DNA of 64,000 bases, from the NCBI GenBank assembly GCA_016711705.1, contig JADJSK010000008.1, forward strand, positions 3,803-67,802, read 5' to 3'. Below the pieces are notes generated by a model, which was not told the origin of the DNA, ran no database searches, and saw nothing but the letters and a program-made list of their open reading frames with translations. The stretch comes from Candidatus Brachybacter algidus (lineage in GTDB: Bacteria > Bacteroidota > Bacteroidia > Chitinophagales > Saprospiraceae). Below, piece by piece: positions 51,301-62,609 of this stretch (position 1 is its first letter; every line of letters starts with the position of its first letter). Made by a program: the position numbers and the translations under genes.

Positions 51301-54300
51301 TTGACGTAACCAAGGTTAGGATTCCCTTTACAGTAATGGTATTATTTGGTTTCTCTGGATCCGGCTTGGAGTAATAAGTACCTACACCATTTAATTTATT
51401 CCTTTCTTCTTTCAATTTAGTGAGCACTTCCAAAGGAAAATTGAAAGCATTCTGTTCCAGCCATACTTCATCACTGTATAAAAAGATGTCATTGGACAAT
51501 GCTTTAAGTTTGTCCAGATCTGACATTTTTAATGGAACCTCATATTCATAATAGTTATCAGTAAAGTCACTACCGATTCTCAGGAAGAGGCTTAAATCTC
51601 CTTCAGGAATTGAGTTATTCTGATCAGCAAGAGTCTCCGCATGAACAAACATTTTCAATCGGTCATATCTCCTCATGTCAATGTTTGTATTTTTAAATAC
51701 ACCTACTCTATAATCTTCAGGTAGATTACAGAAATTCATTGCAAGTGATTGTTCATTCTGAAATGTCTCTGCATATGCACCTACAGCTCTCTCCAATCTC
51801 AAACCTTTAGGCAGGACATAGGATACCGGGATTTTGGCAGAGTTGTCTTCAAAATTGACTGCATTCAGATCAAATTTTAGATCTGAAAAAGGTGGTTGAA
51901 TAATGATAGGACCGTCTATAGCGCCCGTAATACCTCTGGTGTACTTCCTCCATTGATTCCTGACAAGATCCATTCGTGCAAATCGCATGATGGTTTGTTG
52001 ACCGAAATCTTTCATGAATAATCTCATGAATCGAATAGATCGAAAATCGCTAATACCTCCTACTGTTTGTGTTGGCTGATTGATCGGAACTTTAAATCTG
52101 TACCAAACCTCCTCATCATTTCGGCCATGTATCGTATCTGTAATGAATTGGTTCAGCTTAATTCCATTACCACCGTCCCACTCTATTGGAATCTCGTATT
52201 GATAATATGCTTCAGATTCGTTCAGCGAGTTGTCATTGTTTATATCTTCGCGATCGGGATAGTTGGTAGAGGCTGATTGGACACTTGCATTACTTTGTGT
52301 AGGCTTTGAATTACCTTCTTGTCCGTTGAACTTCCTATATCTTTCAAGAATGGGAGAATTGTTGTCAAATTCTCTAAAATGCTGGAAGTCATCGGCAGAA
52401 GGATCAGCAAGGATTTTTGCTTTTGCATCCGCACTCAAATTCGAGTTTTGAATTGCATTGATAAAATCAGTATAGTATGCTCTTTCCTGTTCGCTGTTTA
52501 ATGCATCAAGTCCAACATCCTGAGCCTGACGCTTGGTAAGGTCATTGTCAAAAGCATTGATAAATTGGTTCACTGCCGGAATATTACCCCATACTGAATT
52601 AAATATTTTTTGATTGTCATCATTTGGACCAGGCAAACCGTTTTCAAAGAAATTTCTTGAATCCCTCAATACATCCTCAGAAACATTCCCTAAATTGATA
52701 AATATCTTACCGCTTGAAGTGTTTTGAACACCATTAGGTCTGGCCAAGAAAGGGCTTAACATATAGAATTCAATAAATTCATAGTTTTGTGCCTCAAAAT
52801 CAGAGTTTGTAATAGCCCGTTGAATACCTGCCCATCTAGAAGTAGGTTCATTGAGACCACCCGCAGAGTTTAATCCTGCAGAAAATCCAGGATAACCACC
52901 CGGGATATCAAAGTTATAAGGCCCTCGCTCTGTTGGATCATATACTACGTCAAAAGTATATAAGCCGTTGTTGATACCTACGACATTGTTCCTTCTTTTG
53001 AATACCTCATTAATAGCAACAAATCTCGAGTATGGGTCATTGATATCAGTTGGGTTTAAGGCATTAACCTCTGCACGGAACCAATTCAAGTGCGCTCTAT
53101 TGGCACCATAGGCAAGATTGTTCGTCAACATTGATTCCTTGAAAAGCGGGTTATTGTTGGCATTATCGTTCTGAGGTACACTTGAGATAAACCATTCCTG
53201 GGTCGGGGTTCTTAGATCAAAACTCGATGTACTGCCTTCAAAGTCATCTATATAAGCAGAACCTCCTACGTCAGCCAAGTTATTGATAAACTTCGAATGA
53301 CCCGGTTGTAGCAAGGCAAATTCGGAAGTCAAATTGACTTTTGAAGCTTCTTTAGTCTGAATCAAAGGCAACTTATCGACTAGTCTTGTCAACCATTCAG
53401 CATCTTTCGAAAAGTTGAAATCTACCCCATACACTTTATTATTAAGTGGATCATCTCCGAGATTGACTTTTTGAGTATATGGCCTTTCTGAGAGTCTCAT
53501 GAAAGTACCTCCGATATTGATATTCTTATTTATAGCATAGTCAGCGCGCAAGCCCATCATTGACTTTTGCTGAAAACTGAATAAAGCATTATCCTCAAAG
53601 GAGACATTGACAGGTACTCCTGAAGTGAGATAGGCATCATTGATGATGTTGACCTTACCCGCAGAATAATCTATGGTATAATCTTGATTTTCTACCAGTT
53701 GCGTACCTCCGGCTGTCACCTTCACAGAACCCTGAGGCACATTAAATGCACCTAATGAGATCTCAGAAGAGACTGAAGATTTATACGACCCCTTTAAAGT
53801 AAATCGATTTTTCTCGGGATATTCACGTGCCCTGGTTATTGTCCTGGTATAAAGATCAGGATAAGTATAGCGTTCAGCGAGGCTAGAATTATTAATTTTT
53901 TTGGCGAGGTCACTTCCAAATGGCTCTAGTACAGGGAACATGATCCTACCAGTTCTGCTATTGATCGTGACGCCTTCCACAAAGTCAAATACTCCATCCG
54001 GCTGCGGATCACCCGTAGTGTTCAAGTTGTCCAGATTGAAAATTCTCAAAAGAGGTTGACCTTTGAGGTCTGTATCTGGAAGGAATCTCTTCTGCCCATA
54101 ACCCGGATCTTCGTAAAAAACATCAAGTCTGAAGTCAAGCGCATTTGTTTGATAAGCTCCGACAGAATAGATGTTTTTCATCATCAGATTCCAAAGTGGA
54201 ACTTCCGTTTTCTGCGAGGTCGCTTTCAGTAATTTGACAAAAATCACATTCGGCTCTACCGGATTGACGGGAACTTCATAAGAGAATTCTCCTACTTGAT

Positions 54301-55765
54301 AGATCTTGTCATTATATCTATATCTGTAGGATACACCCAATACTTGATCTGGTCTTAAGCCAATATTTATTGAAACGAAGCCTAATTCAGGATGAAAGGT
54401 ATAATCAGTTCCGCTTCGAAGCTTTCTTGCTCTTACTTTTTCAAAATCCTTAGTTTGAACAAGGTTTAATGGGGAGCCTTGCAGGGTATTAATAGTTCTG
54501 CTGAGCGGACGACTATTTAATGAATCCTGAATAGCAAGCTGATTATACAACTTGTTTGAATTGTTGTTCGGCAACTCAATTCTTCCTGTATAATCAGGAT
54601 GATTTACAGATAATGTGTCGTTGATCAGTGGATTATAAGTGGTTAATGTCTTCCATTCACCCAAATCCGCCAATGCTACAATGTCCCTTACATCCTCAGT
54701 CTCCTGGCGGTCATTGGTTACCCAAACCTCAATATCTGTTATGGAGAAAAGAGAATTGATCTGAGGAAGTGTTTTCAACGCTTTATTAAACTCATTTCTA
54801 TTGTACTGTGACAATAGGAAGTGTTTGTTTTCATCATATTGGTCGATGGGTAGTGAAAAAGTCTGTAACTGACTACCACCTTGCAATTGTAAGTTTTTCC
54901 GTTCTGATTTCTGTTGGGATATCAAACCGGTTACTTTCAAATGACCGAACTGGAGATCAGCTTTTATTCCGAAAAGTGACTGACTACCTTGAATTAACGA
55001 ACTACGCAATGGCAAACTAACGTTACCCGCTTCAATTTTTCTAAGAATATCGTCCTCTCCAAAGCTTCCTCCATCAAAATTTATCTTGATCACCTGGTCA
55101 AAATCAAATTGGGATTGAGTATTGTAATTGGCGTTAATATTTAATTTTTCGCCTACTTTCCCAGCAATACTTAAGTCTATGGTAGGTTGAAAATCAAAAT
55201 TGGTATATTTTCTTTGGCGCTCAGTAGCTGTTGGATTGAAGGTATTATTGGAGCTCAAGCCCAGGTTGATGTCTACACTACCTGCCGGTTTGATATCTAT
55301 ATTATCACTTCCAAAGAGTCTGGTGATGATGGAAGTACTGGTCTTATACCCTTCTAATGGGTCTTTTGCCTGGCCAGAATTTTTACCATCCGATATACCT
55401 GCCAACTTATTAAAATAAGACGTTTCTTGTTCTTTGGCTTTTGCTGCCATAAATTCTGAGAAGGTCATTCCCACAGGAGCTTCCAGAAAATCAGAACCTA
55501 ATTTTGTAGATTCAAAGTAACTATCAGTTTCAGGATCATAATTGAATCCCTGATCGATATCAGGAGGTAATTTTAGATTGATTGGATTGGTCGTATCGAT
55601 GGGATAGATGGACTTGCGCACCGGAATTGTATCCTGTGCGTGTTCATCTGTAGATTCTTTAGTGTTATTTAAGAATCCTCTTCTAATCAGGTTCCCGGCG
55701 GTCAAGGCATAAATCCCGAGACAAATGATTAAAACAGGACCGAATGTGTTGATTTTAAAATTCAT
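48393..55765 (-). CDS. sprA: T9SS translocon SprA (about 2450 aa), one frameshift as sequenced
   Basis: ORFs 51290..55765 (1491 aa) and 48393..51293 (966 aa) are the N- and C-terminal parts of one SprA. The junction reads ...NNTITVK | GNPNLGYVKGIMIGIHNKDGG... if one base is restored at the TT run at 51322-51323. Confidence 0.88.
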
Positions 55766-56003
55766 ATAAATAAGTCAACTTGCATTATTCGCAACAAAAA
55801 AATAGATGATATTTGAGCTAGCGCGGTTCTTTAAAAAGAATAATCTGTGCTCAACTAATTACTGTTTTTATTCGTGGTGAATTGCTTTATTCAAAATTTA
55901 TGTGTTTATCTTTAAGGTTTCGACTTACACTAAACGCATAAGTTTTTGATTTCGTTTGTATTCTGAAAAATTAACACTTTTTCTTTTAATCTCTCATATT
56001 CAA

Positions 56004-56597
56004 CTAGCCCGACAAAGCCCTTAAGGCTGCCTTGACAAGTTGTTCCAAATTATATTCTTTCCCTTCTTTCAATAGTGATGTAAGCGTCTTTTCTATGGCA
56101 GCCTTCTGAAATCCAAGAGCCTGCAAGGCAGCTGACGATTCATCCCTAAGAATATTGGTACTATTACCTTGCATGGTGACATGCTCAGATTCAGGCTCCT
56201 TGGCTAATTTGTCCTTCAAGTCAATAATGATGCGTTTGGCAGTCTTTGGGCCGATACCTTTGACCTGACCAAAAACTCTTTCATTATCATAAATAATAGC
56301 CTGACGAATGTCGTGAGGCATTACGGAGGAAAGAATCAATCGCGCTATGCCTGCCCCAACACCATTGACAGAAATCAAATGCTGAAATAAAGAACGTTCT
56401 TCTTCGGTAAAAAAACCATATAAAGTATGTGAGTCTTCTTTGATTAGTAAGACAGTCAATAACTTAACCCGCTCCTTACCCTCCAACTGAGAGTAAGTAT
56501 TGAGGCTAATATTTACATGGTAACCGATACCTGATGTCTCCAAAAGGACATAGGTTGGTGTCATCAAAGTAATTTTCCCATCAATGTATGAAATCAT
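56004..56597 (-). CDS. ruvA: Holliday junction branch migration complex subunit RuvA
   Basis: MISYIDGKI...GIGYHVNISL, HhH region VNGVGAGIARLIL, KGIGPKTAKRII. Start at 56595-56597. Confidence 0.92.
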   Translation of the reverse strand: MISYIDGKITLMTPTYVLLETSGIGYHVNISLNTYSQLEGKERVKLLTVLLIKEDSHTLYGFFTEEERSLFQHLISVNGVGAGIARLILSSVMPHDIRQAIIYDNERVFGQVKGIGPKTAKRIIIDLKDKLAKEPESEHVTMQGNSTNILRDESSAALQALGFQKAAIEKTLTSLLKEGKEYNLEQLVKAALRALSG

Positions 56598-56753
56598 GAG
56601 GCAAATCTGTGTTTTTTGCGCGGCAAAGGTACACAAAATATAATACCAAGCTAGCTTTTAAGCCGTAGTAATTTAATACACACCAATAGAGAACATGAAA
56701 ATTGCAAATTATGACTAATAGGAAATTAAAGTTGGCAAAACCTACATTCTGCT

Positions 56754-57317
56754 TCAATTTTCGTCCGTAAAATGTTTCCTTCTTTTTTCCTGATTGAATT
56801 TCTCAGCATTGAAGGCCTTCGTGCCACCTCTAGGTATTGAAAGTGACTGCCAGGGATCCTTGGCTAAGAGTTTGGCTAAAAATACGATTTGTCCTACATG
56901 GTAAGGGTAGTGCGCAAGTTGGCGATTGATAGCCTCCATCACAGTGTGGCCCTCATTGCGAATATAGATTATTCTATCCAAATCCTGACTTCCTACTGAA
57001 TTAAGCGCATCTAAAAAACATTTCCACCCTTCTTCCCAATGCCGCATGATGTCTGCCGATTTAGAAAGGTCATTGTCAAATTCTGCTTCTCTCTCCCGCC
57101 ATTCCTTCTCCCCGTCAGATATTAAGAAATCTGTCCAACGTGACATCATATTACCCCAAAGATGTTTAACTATAGTCCCGATACTATTGCTTTCATCATT
57201 CAACTTTATCACAAAATGCTCGTCGCTCAGTTGACTCATCGCCTTTTCGCCCAAAGATTTATAGTATTCCATTTGCTTTATCACACTTCCCAGATAATTG
57301 TCATTGATGTTGTCCAT
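56754..57317 (-). CDS. DinB-like four-helix protein (DUF1572 family)
   Basis: 187 aa, IVKHLWGNMMSRWTDFL, LAHYPYHVGQIVFLAK. Confidence 0.7.
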   Translation of the reverse strand: MDNINDNYLGSVIKQMEYYKSLGEKAMSQLSDEHFVIKLNDESNSIGTIVKHLWGNMMSRWTDFLISDGEKEWREREAEFDNDLSKSADIMRHWEEGWKCFLDALNSVGSQDLDRIIYIRNEGHTVMEAINRQLAHYPYHVGQIVFLAKLLAKDPWQSLSIPRGGTKAFNAEKFNQEKRRKHFTDEN

Positions 57318-57318
57318 C

Positions 57319-59853
57319 TCAATCTTTTGTTATTTCTAAAAAGCCCTTGACTGCACGAAGTTGCCCAAAGGTGAACCTGTCTGGCAACTTTTGTTTTAGT
57401 TCAGTCAAGCTTAAGTCAAGGTGACCTTTTATTGCCTTAGTAATATCTTCAATATCAGGAACTTCCACGTAGTCATATATGGATAGTTTTTGCTCGCCTA
57501 TAAGATGGGCGATGTGGCCTTCAATAGTGCTTTGAGCCAGATTTCTTTCCTCCGCTATTTGTGGAATTGATTTTTCCTCTTGCAACATTTGTAAAGTGAT
57601 CATTCTAGTATCTACTTTGACTTTCTTTTCACTTGGAGCTCTAATTTTTCGCTCTCGTTTGACGGGAACTATCGAATCTAAAACTTCGTCCCTCCTGTCC
57701 GGTACTATATCAAATTCATCACAATAATCTTTAATGATACCTAAGATTTCCTCGCCATATCTATTGACTTTAGCCTTCCCAAAACCTTTAACTTTCAATA
57801 ACTCTGACTCATTTTGAGGCATATATGTCGATAATATCCTGAACACTTCCTGATTTCCGATTAGATAAATCGGAATATCTATGGACTTACAAAGTTCATC
57901 CCGCCACTTTTTCAGCTTTAAGTATAATAGATTATGATCTCCCGGATCAGCCATATCACTACCGGCTCCTGCTTTTTGTTCGTTGTTGTAAACGGAAAGT
58001 TTTTTTGCCGGAGGAGCATATCCGGTCTTGGCATTTAAATATGTGACAATACTAAAATTATCCACCATCTTCTCCATGAGATAGACTTTCAGGCTCATGA
58101 GTTGGTATAATTCATTTAAATTTTCAGTGACCTTCGAAGATAGATCTTTTAATTCTGTTGATATTTTATTTTCCAGAATATTGCTCAGTGTCTGCTTATG
58201 ATGTGGAAGGAAGTACTTCAAAGCATCATTTAACCTTTGATTCAGGTCGGCAAGTCCCGCTTCTCCACCGCTTTCATCACTCAATTTCCTGAGGCTCGGT
58301 AAAAATTTGTCCACGATGATCTGTTGATTCGTAAAGGACGTCCTTAATGCTTCTGCTTCCGGAAGACTATCTTTGGAAAATTTGTCCACGACCTTTCGGA
58401 TCTCAGCATGCATAAAGTTTGAAAACTTCAGTAAATCACTGCAGTCAAGCATTTCAGCCATTAAAAGATATGCATATTTCTGCTTAGAGTCCTGCAAATA
58501 TTTATCTATTTGGCCTTGAAATGTTAGTTTATTGACTCCTTCCTTAATCCTGCTATCATAAACAATGGCATTCGAATCTATCCTCGATAGCAATACGATA
58601 CCCGCTAAACTGGTGCATCTGGATAGTGCGACATATACCTGGCCGCTGCTGAAGGAAAATGCAGCATCGATCATTACTTTGTCAAATGTCAATCCCTGGC
58701 TTTTGTGAATGGTGATGGCCCAAGCCAGTTTGAGAGGGAATTGCAAATACCGGCCTAATACTTTCTGTTCCACAGTACTTGTCCCATCAGTAATGCTGTA
58801 TTTGGTATTTTCCCAAAAATCCCTGCCAACATATATCTTTTCACCTTCACAATCGACCACGACCGTATCGTCGGTGCAGGAATGGACCACACCGATCTTA
58901 CCATTAAAGTATTTTCGGCCCATATTATCATTCTTGATGAACATGACCTGAGCCCCTACTTTCAAGACAAGATTAAATTCATTAGGGTATAGATATTCGG
59001 GAAAATCGTCTTCTATTTCCGCCGTGTATGTGTAAGCTTTTGTATCGAGCTCCTCCAGCTTTGATTGATTCGCCTTGTCGGCACGCGCATTATGAGACGT
59101 AAGTGTGATGTATTTGTCGTCCTTGAATGGGATAAAGTCAGGTTGATAGTTTTTATTGAGCAGGGCGACGTCCTGAGGAGTGAGTGCATTGTTCCGTACT
59201 TTATTAAGCAATTCAATAAAACTTTCCTCCTTCTGACGGTATATTTTAGTAAATTCAATACAAATCGGTCTGTTTTCTTCCACAACCTTTGATTCGAAGA
59301 AATAAGGAGACTTATAATATTTGGAAAGCAACTGCCATTCTTCCTGTTTAGCTACAGGAGACAACTGACTTAAATCACCAATAAACAGCAACTGAACCCC
59401 ACCAAAAGCCTGACGGTGATTGCGCCTTACGCTTCTAAGCATGGTATCTATTGCATCGAGGACATCGCATCTTACCATCGAGATTTCATCGATGACCAGC
59501 ACATCCATATTGCGCAGGAGATCCAGCTTTTTTTTGTTCTGACGGATGTTGCGATTTAACTCTGCTTTGTATTCATCTGTGGGTATAAATGGTGCAAAAG
59601 GCAGTTGAAATAAACTGTGCAATGTCACTCCACCTGCATTTAGTGCAGCAATACCTGTCGGCGCTGCCACCAAGATGTTTTTTGGGCTGTTGTTGATGAT
59701 GTATTTTAGGAAGGAAGTCTTACCGGTACCGGCATTTCCTGTGACAAAAATACTTTCATTTGTTTCATTGATGAAGCGGCATGCGAGTTCGAATGACTCA
59801 TTGATTTCTAGTGTTTGCATTGGTTTAAAATTAGCACTTATTGAAGAATTCAT
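57319..59853 (-). CDS. Pif1/RecD-family SF1B helicase with C-terminal HRDC and helix-turn-helix domains
   Basis: Walker A GNAGTGKTS, DVLVIDEISMV, TIHKSQGLTFD. HRDC-like LKLKKWRDELCKSIDIPIYLIGNQEVF...VKGFGKAKVNRYGEEIL. C-terminal HTH SIPQIAEERNLAQSTIEGHIAHLI. Confidence 0.85.
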   Translation of the reverse strand: MNSSISANFKPMQTLEINESFELACRFINETNESIFVTGNAGTGKTSFLKYIINNSPKNILVAAPTGIAALNAGGVTLHSLFQLPFAPFIPTDEYKAELNRNIRQNKKKLDLLRNMDVLVIDEISMVRCDVLDAIDTMLRSVRRNHRQAFGGVQLLFIGDLSQLSPVAKQEEWQLLSKYYKSPYFFESKVVEENRPICIEFTKIYRQKEESFIELLNKVRNNALTPQDVALLNKNYQPDFIPFKDDKYITLTSHNARADKANQSKLEELDTKAYTYTAEIEDDFPEYLYPNEFNLVLKVGAQVMFIKNDNMGRKYFNGKIGVVHSCTDDTVVVDCEGEKIYVGRDFWENTKYSITDGTSTVEQKVLGRYLQFPLKLAWAITIHKSQGLTFDKVMIDAAFSFSSGQVYVALSRCTSLAGIVLLSRIDSNAIVYDSRIKEGVNKLTFQGQIDKYLQDSKQKYAYLLMAEMLDCSDLLKFSNFMHAEIRKVVDKFSKDSLPEAEALRTSFTNQQIIVDKFLPSLRKLSDESGGEAGLADLNQRLNDALKYFLPHHKQTLSNILENKISTELKDLSSKVTENLNELYQLMSLKVYLMEKMVDNFSIVTYLNAKTGYAPPAKKLSVYNNEQKAGAGSDMADPGDHNLLYLKLKKWRDELCKSIDIPIYLIGNQEVFRILSTYMPQNESELLKVKGFGKAKVNRYGEEILGIIKDYCDEFDIVPDRRDEVLDSIVPVKRERKIRAPSEKKVKVDTRMITLQMLQEEKSIPQIAEERNLAQSTIEGHIAHLIGEQKLSIYDYVEVPDIEDITKAIKGHLDLSLTELKQKLPDRFTFGQLRAVKGFLEITKD

Positions 59854-60183
59854 AGGACAAATATTTTGGTGAATAGGTTTTGAATTTGTGAAGATTAAGC
59901 AGTGGTGCTTGTTTTATTAAGAGATTTATTTTAGTTTTTGTATTTAAAATAGGATTTTATAGAAAGCATTTTTTTAGAAAAATGTTAGATTTTAATTTTT
60001 ATGTAAAGCATTTTATATATCGATAGACATCGTTGGCCAAGTATATTCTCTACTTTTGTATTGACACAAAAAGTAGCAAAAAAAGTCAAGGCTGGACGTC
60101 CTGCCTACGTCACGCATCTGCCAGCTAGGGTTCATACACATCTTTTTAATTTATATCAAAGTGAAACTTTGGTGACACCCCGA

Positions 60184-60280
60184 CGTAGGTTAACCTACGC
60201 CGAACCTTCACGATCATTGTTTTGACTATAAATTAATGTACATCATTCGCTGTGGAACGTTGAGCTTAGGTTAACCTAAG
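60184..60280. promoter_or_regulatory. Two perfect 16-bp palindromes sharing a TAGGTTAACCTA core, 81 bp apart
   Basis: cgtaggttaacctacg at 60184-60199 and cttaggttaacctaag at 60265-60280, in the 850-bp divergent helicase/PLD spacer. Confidence 0.5.
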
Positions 60281-60709
60281 TTCGTGTGTCTGCAAAATTC
60301 ATTTTGCTTATAATAAACTTAAAATCAATAAATTATCTTGCTATTCATAGAAGAGCCTTTATTGAAAAAATACTTATGTATAAACCCTACCTCTACAACA
60401 GGGGAAGTAAAAATTTTAACGCCCAATCCCAACCAGCCAGCCATCCATCTTCATTTAATTAATAAAGCAATTATTTTGTATCAACCATCTACAATCTTTT
60501 ATTAACTAAATAAATTCAAGTAATTTATACACTCAAATTGACCTAACAAAGATAATTCGAAAAACAAAGAAGTTTCAATTTACAAACGTTTATAGTCGTT
60601 TGTAAGCGTTTATTATCGGTTATCTTGAATAAATGGAAGATTTTTGAAATACACTTTTCGACTACAATAAATATACACTCAACAATCTAACAACTCCTTA
60701 TATTTGTAC

Positions 60710-62248
60710 ATGCGCATCCTCCTACTTCCGACTTATTTATTTTTACTGACTCTGGTATTATTTTCCTGTACCAAAACACCTCCTCCGATGACTGAAGCAA
60801 CTGATTTCTGTTCCAAAATCCACAGAAATGATTCAATTAGTTTGACTCAGGAATTATCCGATTACCAGGAAAAAATGAAGACCCAAACAGGCGTATATGT
60901 TTTGGAAGATGGCGGCAGGTCGTTGATAACCCGGGCATGGCTTTCTGAGTATGCAGAAAAGACCATAGATATTCAATACTTTATATTTTCAACAGACAAC
61001 GTCGGCCTCATTGCATGTGATTATTTGGTGCGAGCAGCAGATCGTGGTGTAAAAGTCAGAATCCTTGTCGATGATATTATGGTGGATGCAGCATTGGAGG
61101 ATATTCTCATCTTTGACAGCCATCCAAATATTGAGGTCAAAATTTACAATCCCGGTGTCAATCTTGGGAAGAATATTTTCAATAAACTCCACAAATTTGC
61201 CACCGATTTTCGCTCTGCCAATCAACGTATGCACAACAAGACCTTTATCGTCGATAAGCAAGTCGTCATCACCGGAGGCAGAAATATAGCAGATGAATAT
61301 TTTGATTACGATCATGAATACAATTTCCGGGACAGAGATGTCCTACTGATGGGAAAGGTTTCCGGAGAGGTAAATAAATCCTTTGAAGAATTTTGGAACA
61401 GCGATCTGAGCATTCCTGCCGTCGATCTTATAGGAAAGGACAAGATTGTGCCAACTGAAGCGAAACGTTTCGACAAACTTCATGAATATGCATGCAATCC
61501 GGATAATTTCTGGCCACAAGTCAGAAACGAAATCGAAAATTTTAGAGACATCATTGAAGAAATCAAAAAGTCAAATCATTTCATTTGGTTAGATAATGTC
61601 GAATTTGTCTCAGATATACCCGGCAAAAACGACGGCAGCAAAGGCCTTGGAGGTGGCGGAGTTTGCACCGATGCACTGATCAAACTGATTAAAAATGCAA
61701 ATACAAGTTTAGATCTACAGACGCCATATTTAATAACAACTGAGCTCAGCCGCGGGCTTTTCAGAGATGCTGTAAATCGTGGAGTAAAGGTTAGAATACT
61801 TACAAATAGTCTATCTTCCACTGACAATGTCGAAGCCTTTAGCGCCTATCAATCGGACCGCAAGGAGTTGTTGGCGACCGGTGTCAGAATCTTTGAATTC
61901 CGTCCGGATGCTGAAGAACGTATGTCCATCATGACCGGTGAATTACAAAAGACAATCGATTACAAACCTATATTTGGTCATCATGCCAAATCTATGGTCG
62001 TAGATGGCAAAATCGCTGTCATAGGCACTTTCAATCTTGACCCGCGTAGTGCCAATCTCAACACAGAATGTGTGGCTATTGTACACTCAGATCTAATTGC
62101 TCAAGGAGTATTAAAAGGAATGGAAGAGGAATACAAACCCGGCAATAGTTGGGAGATAACTAAGGATTTCAACCCTGATTCAAAAGTTTCGAGAAAGAAG
62201 CGGTTGAAGACATGGACGAGGAAGGTGCTGCCGAAGGGGATACTGTGA
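60710..62248 (+). CDS. Phospholipase D-family lipoprotein (two HKD motifs)
   Basis: Lipobox LVLFSC. HKD motifs HNKTFIVDKQVVITGGRN and HAKSMVVDGKIAVIGTFN. ATG 60710 is preferred over the TTG at 60704. Confidence 0.85.
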   Translation: MRILLLPTYLFLLTLVLFSCTKTPPPMTEATDFCSKIHRNDSISLTQELSDYQEKMKTQTGVYVLEDGGRSLITRAWLSEYAEKTIDIQYFIFSTDNVGLIACDYLVRAADRGVKVRILVDDIMVDAALEDILIFDSHPNIEVKIYNPGVNLGKNIFNKLHKFATDFRSANQRMHNKTFIVDKQVVITGGRNIADEYFDYDHEYNFRDRDVLLMGKVSGEVNKSFEEFWNSDLSIPAVDLIGKDKIVPTEAKRFDKLHEYACNPDNFWPQVRNEIENFRDIIEEIKKSNHFIWLDNVEFVSDIPGKNDGSKGLGGGGVCTDALIKLIKNANTSLDLQTPYLITTELSRGLFRDAVNRGVKVRILTNSLSSTDNVEAFSAYQSDRKELLATGVRIFEFRPDAEERMSIMTGELQKTIDYKPIFGHHAKSMVVDGKIAVIGTFNLDPRSANLNTECVAIVHSDLIAQGVLKGMEEEYKPGNSWEITKDFNPDSKVSRKKRLKTWTRKVLPKGIL

Positions 62249-62250
62249 AA

Positions 62251-62400
62251 AAATTATAAATGGTGAATGATAAATTATAAATGGTGAGTAATGGGTAATG
62301 GGTAATGGGTAATGGGTAATGGGTAATAGGTAATGGGTAATGGGTAATGGGTAATAGGTAATAGGTAATAGGTAATAGGTAATGAGTGATAATTGATAAG
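62251..62400 (+). repeat. Longest heptamer array in the window: about 15 units of GGTAATR, preceded by the attataaatggtgaatg module
   Basis: taatgggtaatgggtaatgggtaatgggtaatgggtaataggtaatgggtaatgggtaatgggtaataggtaataggtaataggtaataggtaatg. Confidence 0.95.
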
Positions 62401-62609
62401 TGCAGTTACTTCGCATTTAAAAAATTAAATAAAATTCACTACATGAATAATGAATAACTTAGCCAAAATAGAAGCGACAAAAGTGAGACATAGCGAGCGG
62501 ATTTGGGTGGATTGGTTCATAAAATTAGACATATAAACTAGTTAGTGGTAAGTAAAACGTAGAATCGAGAAAAGACAGAATTTAACAACAAAATTTTATC
62601 AATATTTTA

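Noticed and set aside
51280-51330. Programmed ribosomal frameshift in sprA
   Set aside because: I saw no slippery heptamer or downstream structure. The same kind of one-base run-length lesion occurs in many unrelated genes here, which favours error or mutation.
60085-60135. tRNA-like or other RNA gene (gtcaaggctggacgtcctgcc...agggttcatac)
   Set aside because: It cannot be folded into a cloverleaf, and no GTTCRANYC T-loop or anticodon arm is present. I found no rRNA, tRNA, tmRNA, RNase P RNA or SRP RNA signatures anywhere in the window by eye.
62180-62416. 78-aa minus-strand ORF (…PITYYPLPITHYLLPITHY…)
   Set aside because: It is a pure read-through of the stop-free strand of the GGTAATR heptamer array. 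Its periodic low-complexity sequence overlaps the PLD gene end.
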